DNA of 59,262 nucleotides, counting the filler. It is 6 parts of 6 records of this genome, joined end to end, with 100 filler letters (N's around TTAATTAATTAA, not from the genome) between each part and the next. Parts side by side here need not be neighbours in the genome. Positions count along the whole stretch, not along the records: positions 1 to 8,442 come from SRR31147125_4229; positions 8,543 to 19,616 come from SRR31147125_4271; 4 more parts are not named here. One strand, written 5' to 3'. A program made the translations under genes and the position numbers. Below are positions 1 to 8,615 of the stretch, in pieces; the first letter of the stretch is position 1; every line of letters starts with the position of its first letter. The notes under the pieces are model-generated. The model searched no databases, had not been told where the DNA came from, and saw only the letters and a program-made list of their open reading frames with translations.

Positions 1-84
1 GAATATCGATTCTATTAAGGTTTAAGAGCCGGCAATAAGGTTTTGTAATTTTACACATTCGTGGGATATGATGGAAATATATAT

Positions 85-113
85 AAAGCCCGATTTTTCA
101 CCGGGCTTTTTTT
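85..113. terminator. Intrinsic terminator-like hairpin just past the rocD stop, possibly bidirectional
   Basis: AAAGCCCG (85-92) / CGGGCTTT (102-109) inverted repeat followed by a T-run on + strand. Confidence 0.7.
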
Positions 114-122
114 GTTAATAAA

Positions 123-1325
123 TTAGAGTGTTTCTAAAATGGTTTTGATTTTATCAAAAGCCCAGTCAAGGTCCTGTTTTGAAATAACGAGCGGGGGTGC
201 AAACCTTATGACATTATCATGAGTTTCTTTGCAAAGTAAGCCTTCTTTTTCAAGCGCTTCGCAGAATCGTCTTGCACCGCCGGCTGCGGACGTGAGTTCA
301 ACACCGATCAATAAACCTTTGCCTCTAACTTCTTTGATATACGGGCTATTAATGGAATTTAATTTATCCCGAAAATAAATGCCCATTTCAAACGCACGTT
401 GTGGTAATTTATCATCGGCTATGATTTTTAATGCTTCCCGGGCTAAAGCGCTGCCAAGTGGATTACCACCAAAGGTGCTGCCATGATCACCGGGTTGAAA
501 GACGTTCATCACTTCATCTTTTGCTAAAATTGCCGAGACCGGATACATACCGCCAGCCAGAGCTTTACCAATAATCACAACATCGGGTTTTACGTTTTCG
601 TATTGATACGCAAATAATTTTCCACATCGTCCCAAACCTGTCTGGATTTCATCGGCAATGAAGAGGCAGTTTTGCTCGTTACACACGTCCTGCATTTGTT
701 CCAAATAACCGTCTGGCGGAATAATGATACCGCCCTCACCCTGAATGGGTTCTGGCATAACAGCAACAGTATTTTTATTTATTGCATTTTTTAGAGGCTC
801 AATTTCTCCATAAGGCACGACTTTGAAACCAGGCGTAAAAGGCCCGAACCCCTGTTTATATTGTTCTTCAGTGGAGAAGCCAACAATCGTGGTTGTACGT
901 CCATGGAAATTGTTCGAAAAGACAATGATCTCAGCCTTGTCTTTTTCAACGCCTTTGACCGTATAACCCCATTTCCGGGCTGCTTTGATGGCTGTTTCCA
1001 CGGCTTCAGCGCCGCTGTTCATAGGCAAGACGCGATTAAATCCTGTCATTTCACACAGTTCTTTACATAAAAGAGGCAATTGATCATTGCGGAAAGCACG
1101 GGATGTGAGCGTGATTTTTTCAACTTGTTCTTTCATTCTGGCTACGAGACGAGGATGACAATGTCCCTGATTAAGGGCGGAATAAGCGCTCAGGAAATCA
1201 AGGTATTTTTTACCGTCCACATCGTAAACCCAAACGCCTTTCCCGTGGGACAACACAACATCCAGGGGGTGATAGTTGTTTGCGCCAAACTTTTCTTCCA
1301 GGCTGATGAAATCTTGCGAAAGCAT
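123..1325 (-). CDS. rocD: Ornithine--oxo-acid aminotransferase (class III PLP)
   Basis: 400-aa ORF; GANNYHPL N-terminus, PMNSGAEAVETAIK, FHGRT, DEIQTGLGR, GKALAGG PLP lysine, HGSTFGGNP; SD GGAGG upstream. Confidence 0.95.
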   Translation of the reverse strand: MLSQDFISLEEKFGANNYHPLDVVLSHGKGVWVYDVDGKKYLDFLSAYSALNQGHCHPRLVARMKEQVEKITLTSRAFRNDQLPLLCKELCEMTGFNRVLPMNSGAEAVETAIKAARKWGYTVKGVEKDKAEIIVFSNNFHGRTTTIVGFSTEEQYKQGFGPFTPGFKVVPYGEIEPLKNAINKNTVAVMPEPIQGEGGIIIPPDGYLEQMQDVCNEQNCLFIADEIQTGLGRCGKLFAYQYENVKPDVVIIGKALAGGMYPVSAILAKDEVMNVFQPGDHGSTFGGNPLGSALAREALKIIADDKLPQRAFEMGIYFRDKLNSINSPYIKEVRGKGLLIGVELTSAAGGARRFCEALEKEGLLCKETHDNVIRFAPPLVISKQDLDWAFDKIKTILETL

Positions 1326-1428
1326 AAAACCTCCTATGTATAAAAATGAGTTAAAATCCGCGTCAAATTAATAAATTGAATTGGAAAAATCAAGATAATC
1401 CGAACGAGCCAACGTCGCCTGTTTTCAC

Positions 1429-1457
1429 TTGATTCAACGATTTTTTTCTCGTATTTT
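1429..1457 (+). promoter_or_regulatory. Candidate sigma70 promoter for trpS
   Basis: TTGATT-17bp-TATTTT in the rocD/trpS divergent intergenic region. Confidence 0.4.
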
Positions 1458-1614
1458 TAACGGATAAGATATTTAAAAGATTCATCTATTTGTCATATCT
1501 TGTATTTGTTACGATAAAGACAGGTCCTGGTTTGACAGTGACTAATCAAGCAAACCCAGGAAGAACTAACTTTATATTTCATAAATAGATAAAACAGTGA
1601 GGAAAGGAGTTACA

Positions 1615-2580
1615 GTGCGAATCTTATCCGGAATTCAGCCTTCGGGTTCACTTCATTTGGGAAATTATTTTGCAATGATGAAGCGTATGATAGACTATCA
1701 GGAAAATCATGAATTATTCTGTTTTGTTGTCAATTACCACGCGCTCACATCTGTATTTGATGCGGACAAATTACGACAACAAACATTTGAAGCTCTATGC
1801 GACTTTTTAGCTTTGGGCATAGATCCTGAGAAATCCATATTTTATGTTCAATCTGATGTGCCTGAGGTAAACGAATTGACATGGTTATTGTCAAACGTCA
1901 CACCTTTGGGCCTTTTAGAACGAGCACATTCGTTTAAAGATAAAAAAGCTAAAGGGATAGCCGCAAATCATGGGCTCTTTGCCTATCCGGTTCTGATGGC
2001 AGCAGATATTTTACTTTATGGTGCACAGCGGGTGCCTGTGGGTAAGGATCAAAAACAACATGTTGAAATGACACGGGATATTGCCATAAAATTCAATCAA
2101 ACTTATGGTGAGACATTTGTTATACCTGAACCGGAGATACCGGATGACGTCGCCACAGTGCCCGGACTTGACGGCCAGAAAATGTCCAAATCATATGGCA
2201 ATACCATTGATATTTTTTCAACTCATAAAGCTCTGAAGAAAAGAGTCATGTCGATCGTAACAGATGCGACGCCAATCGAAGAACCGAAAAATCCGGACAC
2301 GTGTAATCTGTTTGCTTTGTATTCCCTGTTTCTGGATAAAGAGGGTCAGACTGAACTGAAGGAACGATATCTGGCTCCGGGACTTAAATACGGTGAAGTC
2401 AAAAAAGAACTTTTAGAAAAGATCTGGGTTTATTTTGAACCATTCCGTGAGAAAAGAGAAGAGTTGATAAATAACCGGGATTTTGTGATGGAGGTTATGA
2501 AAAAAGGTGCGGAAAAAGCCCGTGCGGTTGCGACTGTATATCTTGATAAAGCTCGAAAAAATGTCGGCTTGAATTATTAA
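1615..2580 (+). CDS. trpS: Tryptophan--tRNA ligase
   Basis: SGIQPSG-LHLGNY (HIGH), YPVLMAADIL, VPVGKDQKQH, KMSKS; GTG start at 1615 after AAAGGAG. Confidence 0.97.
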   Translation: MRILSGIQPSGSLHLGNYFAMMKRMIDYQENHELFCFVVNYHALTSVFDADKLRQQTFEALCDFLALGIDPEKSIFYVQSDVPEVNELTWLLSNVTPLGLLERAHSFKDKKAKGIAANHGLFAYPVLMAADILLYGAQRVPVGKDQKQHVEMTRDIAIKFNQTYGETFVIPEPEIPDDVATVPGLDGQKMSKSYGNTIDIFSTHKALKKRVMSIVTDATPIEEPKNPDTCNLFALYSLFLDKEGQTELKERYLAPGLKYGEVKKELLEKIWVYFEPFREKREELINNRDFVMEVMKKGAEKARAVATVYLDKARKNVGLNY

Positions 2581-2658
2581 CATCAGTACTCTTTTGGTAA
2601 TACAAAAATAACAGAAAATCCTATTTGTTGTGGTTAACGAAATTCAGAGGAATTGGTT

Positions 2659-4698
2659 ATGAGAAATGTGATTTTGATTTTCATCTTTACATTTGCTGTT
2701 TCTATTTGTTTTGCAGCAGAAAAACGAGCGATGACGGTCGAAGATATGTGGGCTATGAAACGAATCGGTACTGTTGCTCTTTCTCCTGACGGACAATACC
2801 TGGCGTATGATTTGAAATCCTATGATATGGAAAACAATTCATCCGGAACGGATATCTGGATGGTAGATACAAAAGGAGGAAAGCCACAACAATTAACAAC
2901 CTCTGATGGGGCTGATTTGATGCCCAGGTGGAAACCGGATGGCTCTGCCATCGCCTTTTTATCCACACGGGATGGATCGGCACAGATTTATTTATTATCC
3001 ATGTCCGGAGGAGAGGCCAGAAAAGTAACCAATTTGCCGGTTGATGTAGATGATTTTATCTGGTCTTCGGATGGAGAACATGTCGCTTTCACAGCCACTG
3101 TCTATCCGGAAGTAACAGATTTAAAATCAAGCGCTGAAAAAGACAAATCGCGTGATGAATCTAAAGTAAAGGCGAGAATAATTGACCTTCTTATGTACCG
3201 GAGCTGGGATCGCTGGACAGAAGGTAAACGAAGCCATATTTTTGTCTGTGACGCTAATGGTCAGAATGTAAAAGACCTGACACCTGGCGATTTTGATAGT
3301 CCTCCTTTGGATTTGGGTAGCACCCGGGATTATTGTTTTTCACCCGATGGCACAGAACTCGCTTTTGTCAGCAATCATGATCCGGTTGTTGCTACATCAA
3401 CCAACAATGATATATTTTTAGTATCAGTAAGTGGAGGAGAACCGGGATGTATAACCTCCGATAATAAAGCTGTGGACAATCATCCGGTTTATTCGCCTGA
3501 TGGAAAATACATTGCCTATAAAGCCATGGAAAGACCCGGATACGAGGCAGACCAGTACGATATTGTTTTATTCGATCGGGCAAGTCAGAAGAAAGAGAAT
3601 CTGACAGATTCATTTGATCTGGATCCGGGAGAAGTGGTCTGGTCCACGGATAGTAAAAAGCTGTATTTTAATGCTTATGATAAAGGCAGAAATGCCCTTT
3701 TTAGCCTTGAGGTTAAAAAGAAAGAAATCAAAAAGCTGGTAAAGGACCATTATAACAGGTCATTAATGTTGAGTCCGGATGGAAAACATCTCTATTTTAA
3801 ACGTCAGGCAGTGAATTTACCGGAGGAGATTTTTAGTTTCGACCTGAAAAAGAAGCAGGTAAATCAGGTGACGTTTGTGAACAAAGACTTGTTATCGAAT
3901 CTGGAGATGAACACAGCAGAAGATTTCTGGTTTTCCAGCTTTGATGGCCAAAAGGTGCATGGATTTCTTTTAAAGCCGCCGTTTTTTGATCCTGCGAAAA
4001 AATATCCTCTTATCTATCTGATACATGGTGGTCCCCAGGGCATGTGGAGTGATGACTATCATTATCGCTGGAACGCCTCCATGTTTGCAGCTCCGGGCTA
4101 TGTGGTTGCTATGGTGAATTTCCGCGGTTCCAAAGGGTACGGTCAGAAATTCTGTGATGCTATTAAAGAGGATTGGGGTGGTGGCCCTTATCAGGATCTC
4201 ATGCTTGGCCTGGATTATGTGTTAGATAATTATCCTTTTGTAAATAAAGATAAACTCGCAGCTGCCGGTGCCAGTTATGGAGGATTTATGATCAACTGGA
4301 TCGCAACTCATAACGACAGATTTAAGGCCCTGGTGTGTCATGATGGTGTTTTTGACCAGAGAAGCATGTACGGTGCTACCGAAGAGCTCTGGTTCCCCGA
4401 ATGGGAAATGGGTGGGACGCCTTACGAAAAAGCAGACATGTATGAAAAATGGTCTCCTTCTTATTATGTTAAAAATTTCGAGAAATTCAAAACGCCAATC
4501 CTGGTTGTTCATGGCCAGAACGATTATCGTGTCCCGGTCACGCAGGCATTTCAGACATTTACTGCACTGCAGCGCTACGGTGTCCCTTCACAACTTTTGT
4601 ATTTTCCGGACGAGACACATTTTGTCACCAAACCACAAAACGCACGGTTATGGTGGACAGAGGTTTTCAGCTGGATAGAAAAGTGGATAGATAAATAA
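2659..4698 (+). CDS. Secreted S9 family (S9C-like) peptidase with beta-propeller
   Basis: Signal peptide, PD40-like repeats (SPDG), IHGGPQG, nucleophile GASYGG, Asp in GQNDYRV, His in PDETH. Confidence 0.93.
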   Translation: MRNVILIFIFTFAVSICFAAEKRAMTVEDMWAMKRIGTVALSPDGQYLAYDLKSYDMENNSSGTDIWMVDTKGGKPQQLTTSDGADLMPRWKPDGSAIAFLSTRDGSAQIYLLSMSGGEARKVTNLPVDVDDFIWSSDGEHVAFTATVYPEVTDLKSSAEKDKSRDESKVKARIIDLLMYRSWDRWTEGKRSHIFVCDANGQNVKDLTPGDFDSPPLDLGSTRDYCFSPDGTELAFVSNHDPVVATSTNNDIFLVSVSGGEPGCITSDNKAVDNHPVYSPDGKYIAYKAMERPGYEADQYDIVLFDRASQKKENLTDSFDLDPGEVVWSTDSKKLYFNAYDKGRNALFSLEVKKKEIKKLVKDHYNRSLMLSPDGKHLYFKRQAVNLPEEIFSFDLKKKQVNQVTFVNKDLLSNLEMNTAEDFWFSSFDGQKVHGFLLKPPFFDPAKKYPLIYLIHGGPQGMWSDDYHYRWNASMFAAPGYVVAMVNFRGSKGYGQKFCDAIKEDWGGGPYQDLMLGLDYVLDNYPFVNKDKLAAAGASYGGFMINWIATHNDRFKALVCHDGVFDQRSMYGATEELWFPEWEMGGTPYEKADMYEKWSPSYYVKNFEKFKTPILVVHGQNDYRVPVTQAFQTFTALQRYGVPSQLLYFPDETHFVTKPQNARLWWTEVFSWIEKWIDK

Positions 4699-4778
4699 GG
4701 AACTTTTAGCGTTCGATTTGATTAAACTAATAATTCAAGACTCTAACAATATGGACTGTGGTGCATTAAAAGATTAAT

Positions 4779-5213
4779 ATGAAAAATAATAAAATTACGA
4801 ATGGTATAGTGATTTTTTTGTGCCTGATCATAATCAGCCAAATCAGCTGCAAGGATCCTTTTTCATCAGATGAAAGGAAAGAGCAGATTCGCATCCTTCT
4901 GGATGATGATTTATCAGAAGGAAAATGGATATTCTTTTGGGATGGAAAAGATAAAGACGGAAAATATGTCAGTCCTGGTAAATATATTTACTTACTTGAG
5001 GTAGGCATTTTTCAGGATCAGGATTATATGACAGCAGAGTCCGGAGGGAAAAAAGTTGGCAAGAATCTGGATGAGCACTTTGAGACAGGATATTATCAAT
5101 ATTTCAGTGTCGGGACTGCTTATCCGGAGCCATTTAAAGTCATTGAAGGAGTAAATATACCCATTTATGTTGCTGAAACAGCTCGTGTTAAATTGTCCAT
5201 ATATAAAGATTAA
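4779..5213 (+). CDS. Putative lipoprotein with FlgD-Ig/T9SS-CTD-like motifs in circularly permuted order
   Basis: Hydrophobic N-terminus ending QISC; WDGKDKDGKYVSPGKYIY precedes AYPEPF...VKLSIY. Confidence 0.75.
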   Translation: MKNNKITNGIVIFLCLIIISQISCKDPFSSDERKEQIRILLDDDLSEGKWIFFWDGKDKDGKYVSPGKYIYLLEVGIFQDQDYMTAESGGKKVGKNLDEHFETGYYQYFSVGTAYPEPFKVIEGVNIPIYVAETARVKLSIYKD

Positions 5214-5302
5214 ATCAGGTTAGCACTTTGTTTAAGAAAATGGAACAAATATATAGCCCCTGATGTTCAAAGACTCCAGATTTGATCTGTATTCTTATTT
5301 GC

Positions 5303-5357
5303 AGCGGGTTTTTAAGTTATACCATATTGTATAATTTAAAGCCCGCTCTTTTTATTT
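5303..5357 (+). terminator. Long hairpin with U-tract just upstream of the NHL gene
   Basis: AGCGGGTTTTTAAGTTATAC / GTATAATTTAAAGCCCGCT (about 19 bp with G-U pairs and one bulge) followed by CTTTTTATTT. Confidence 0.55.
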
Positions 5358-5379
5358 AGGGTTATATCAAGAGGTATTT

Positions 5380-7383
5380 ATGAGAGGAATAAGAATCATT
5401 TTCTTGTTTACAATAGCTCTGATTTTGTGGCAACCAGGATCCGAATGTCATGCACAGAATACTGGCTGGAAAAAGAAAGAGCTGCGGGACAGGTTAGAGG
5501 ACATTCGCAGAAAAGCCGTCAAAGCACCTGAATTGTCGGGATCGTATGAGTGGCTAAATGTCCAGGATCCCTTGTCGTTAAAGAAATTAAAGGGTAAAGT
5601 AGTCCTCTTTGATTTCTGGACGTATTGCTGCATTAACTGTATTCATATTATACCGGATCTGAAATATCTGGAGGAAAAGTATAAGGACCATCCTTTTGTT
5701 GTGATTGGAGTGCATTCAGCTAAATTTGATAATGAAAAGGACGTTGAAAATGTTCGTCAGGCGGTGTTGCGCTATGAAATTGAACATCCGGTTGTTCTCG
5801 ATCAGAATTTTCGCATCTGGCAGAGTTATGATGCCAATGCATGGCCAACTCTGATATTGGTCGACCCGGACGGATATATTGCGGGCTTTTTATCCGGTGA
5901 GGGGCACCGGGAGATATTAGATGCTTATGTTGAAGTGATGCTGGAAAAATATGGTGAGGAAGGAAAATTAGACAACTCGCCTATTCCCTATCGTGCTGAA
6001 AAGGTGACAGAGGAGAGCAGCATTTTAAATTATCCCGGTAAAATAGTTGCAGATGAAAAAAATAATCGCCTCATCATGTCAGATTCCAATCATAACCGGT
6101 TGGTTGTTGTGGATTCCAAAGGGGCCATTCTTGATGTTATTGGCAGCGGTTTGCGGGGACAAAAAGACGGAACCTTTGAACAAGCGAGCTTTAACAATCC
6201 CCAGGGTATGGCTTTTTACAAGGATGCGCTTTATGTGACAGATACAGATAATCATCTTGTACGCAGAGTCGATTTTGTTCAACGTGTTGTAGAAACGGTT
6301 GCCGGCACCGGCAAGCAGGGATGGGGAGGGAACGAAAAAACGGAGGGTTTGGTCACCCAATTAAATTCGCCCTGGGATTTGTGCGTTGTCGAGGATACTG
6401 CCTATATTGCCATGGCCGGATCGCACCAGATATGGCAGATGGATCTGAAAACAAACGAGGTTGGCAATTATGCCGGAAGTGGACGGGAAGCGAAAATAGA
6501 TGGACCGGTTTTGACCGCCGCTTTTGCACAGCCGAGTGGCATTACCTATGGAGATGGAGCACTTTACATTGCGGATAGTGAAATAAGTTCAATCCGAAAA
6601 ATCGATTTAAAAAACGGGATTGTGAGTACCATTGCCGGGGGAGATTTGTTTGATTTTGGTGATAAAGACAGTCAGGGAGAGAAAACCCGTCTTCAACATC
6701 CGTTGGGTGTTTATTATTTTGACGGTCTCTTATATATTGCAGACACTTACAATCACAAGATCAAAAGCCTCAATCCGACGAATGAAAAAACAACAACATG
6801 GCTTGGTGATGGCAAGACAGGTTTTCGTGATGGCGATAAGCCACGGTTTTATGAGCCTTCCGGACTGGTTGTAATGAATAACAAACTGTATGTGGCCGAC
6901 ACAAATAATCATGCGATCCGTGTTGTCTCTTTTAACAGCCAACATGTGAGTACCCTGTCGGTATCTGATAATCGTATGGGCATTCCCAGCCTGGCTGATT
7001 TACCTTTGACAGAAAAGAGATCTCTTCCTCCAACCACACTTGCTTTGTCAGGTCATTTAAAGGTCCAGATAAACCTGCCAAAGAATACAAAATTAAATCC
7101 GGGTTCCCCTTTTCAGTATCTGGTAAAAACGCAAAACAGTGGTGTGCACATAAAGGATAAAAATCGGATTCAGAGTTTAGCTCAAGATACAGTTTCTTTT
7201 ACAATCCCTTATAATGTAGCTAAAAATGGCACTACCGATACCATACAGCTCGAGATGGTATATTATTATTGTGATAATGATGGACGGGTGTGCCGGATTC
7301 GTTCCGTTGTTTACGAATTTCCTGTTGATTTTTCGAATTCCGGGATTAATGAGTTGTACATTGAGGATATGCCGGAAGGATGA
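5380..7383 (+). CDS. Secreted thioredoxin-like + NHL-repeat protein (NHLRC2/SOQ1-like)
   Basis: DFWTYCCINC motif, GVHSAKF, AWPTL, repeated NHL blades (YIADTYNHKI, YVADTNNHAI), C-terminal YYC..C domain; N-terminal signal peptide. Confidence 0.92.
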   Translation: MRGIRIIFLFTIALILWQPGSECHAQNTGWKKKELRDRLEDIRRKAVKAPELSGSYEWLNVQDPLSLKKLKGKVVLFDFWTYCCINCIHIIPDLKYLEEKYKDHPFVVIGVHSAKFDNEKDVENVRQAVLRYEIEHPVVLDQNFRIWQSYDANAWPTLILVDPDGYIAGFLSGEGHREILDAYVEVMLEKYGEEGKLDNSPIPYRAEKVTEESSILNYPGKIVADEKNNRLIMSDSNHNRLVVVDSKGAILDVIGSGLRGQKDGTFEQASFNNPQGMAFYKDALYVTDTDNHLVRRVDFVQRVVETVAGTGKQGWGGNEKTEGLVTQLNSPWDLCVVEDTAYIAMAGSHQIWQMDLKTNEVGNYAGSGREAKIDGPVLTAAFAQPSGITYGDGALYIADSEISSIRKIDLKNGIVSTIAGGDLFDFGDKDSQGEKTRLQHPLGVYYFDGLLYIADTYNHKIKSLNPTNEKTTTWLGDGKTGFRDGDKPRFYEPSGLVVMNNKLYVADTNNHAIRVVSFNSQHVSTLSVSDNRMGIPSLADLPLTEKRSLPPTTLALSGHLKVQINLPKNTKLNPGSPFQYLVKTQNSGVHIKDKNRIQSLAQDTVSFTIPYNVAKNGTTDTIQLEMVYYYCDNDGRVCRIRSVVYEFPVDFSNSGINELYIEDMPEG

Positions 7384-7658
7384 TTTTTTTTGTCTGAATC
7401 ATGATGTGCCTGATTGGGGGTGTATTCAACATTAATCAGAATTCACTAGACCCTCTTCAAATATTGAATTTATTTCAAATTTTGTACGTTAAAAATAATA
7501 GAGGACGAGTTTCATAAAAGTCCGAGCTGCAAACATACGTCTACTTGATTTTTTTAGCGCTGTGACAAAACCCAAAACAGTTTTTCATTTTTTTAGACAC
7601 GATCGATTTTCAATGAATGTGGAAAACAGCATAAACATTAATTGAGATGAGGTGAAAA

Positions 7659-8399
7659 ATGAAAGAAGAAAAAGACCATATCAAATGGAACAAGCTGGTT
7701 TCCAGTCAACTGGCTGTATGGGAGGTCCGGCATCAGTTACGGCAACGACAACGGGAAACACAAACAAGTGGTCCCTGGTCAAAAGCTTTCATTACTTTTT
7801 CCAGAACACACGGTGCCGGTGGTGATCATATCGCCAAAGAACTTGGGAAAATACTTGACTGGCAGGTTTATGATCGCGAGCTGGTGGAGTACATAGCTAA
7901 AAATGCGAATGTACGCCATTCAGTGGTTGAATCTTTTGATGAGAGAAAACAGAGTGAGATTGAAAGATGGGTGCAGACGTTATTCGATAACAATGCATTG
8001 GGTACAGACAAATATCTGAAGCATCTTTCAATTGTGCTGGTTACGATTGCAGAGCATGGACAAGCAATTATTATCGGGCGTGGAGGAAATTTTGTTCTTG
8101 GATCAAATAAAGGATTAAGAGTGCTCGTGACCGCTCCAATTCTGTGGCGAGCCGGGCGTCTGGCAAAAATTAGAGAAATCACAATTAAAGAGGCGAAAAA
8201 GATAATTATAGAAGTCGATAACAGCCGCCAGGCATATATTAAACGATATTTTAGTGAGGACGCAAACGATCCGGCTAACTATGATATTGTCCTGAATGTT
8301 GAAAATCTGAGTGTTCATGAATCCGCAAAGACATTGCTCGCGATCATGGAGCAACGCCTGGGAACGAGTTTTCCAGCTTTAGCGTCACCTGTTATTTGA
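7659..8399 (+). CDS. Cytidylate kinase-like family protein
   Basis: ITFSRTHGAGG P-loop variant, YDREL, IIGRGG, YDIVLN. Confidence 0.85.
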   Translation: MKEEKDHIKWNKLVSSQLAVWEVRHQLRQRQRETQTSGPWSKAFITFSRTHGAGGDHIAKELGKILDWQVYDRELVEYIAKNANVRHSVVESFDERKQSEIERWVQTLFDNNALGTDKYLKHLSIVLVTIAEHGQAIIIGRGGNFVLGSNKGLRVLVTAPILWRAGRLAKIREITIKEAKKIIIEVDNSRQAYIKRYFSEDANDPANYDIVLNVENLSVHESAKTLLAIMEQRLGTSFPALASPVI

Positions 8400-8442
8400 T
8401 AGAATTATTCTTTTACGCCAATAAAATCACTCGTAGCGGGGG

Positions 8443-8542
8443 NNNNNNNNNNNNNNNNNNNNNNNNNNNNNNNNNNNNNNNNNNNNTTAATTAATTAANN
8501 NNNNNNNNNNNNNNNNNNNNNNNNNNNNNNNNNNNNNNNNNN
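8443..8542. other. Artificial contig spacer
   Basis: N44-TTAATTAATTAA-N44 (stop codons in all frames). Confidence 0.99.
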
Positions 8543-8567
8543 GATGCTGAAACGAGTTCAGCATGAC
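8543..8567. repeat. REP-like palindrome at contig edge
   Basis: GATGCTGAAACGAGTTCAGCATGAC contains the ATGCTGAA/TTCAGCAT inverted repeat; resembles the GTCATGCTGAAC..TTCAGCATC extragenic palindromes common in Bacteroidota (from recall). Confidence 0.6.
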
Positions 8568-8615
8568 GTTTTAAAGATAATTAATGAAAATGGATACTCA
8601 TTTAAATAACTAACT

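Noticed and set aside
1326-1614. T-box riboswitch upstream of trpS (hairpin CCTGGTTTG...CAAACCCAGG at about 1526-1560)
   Set aside because: No T-box GGTGGNACC motif and no terminator/antiterminator pair; only an isolated hairpin
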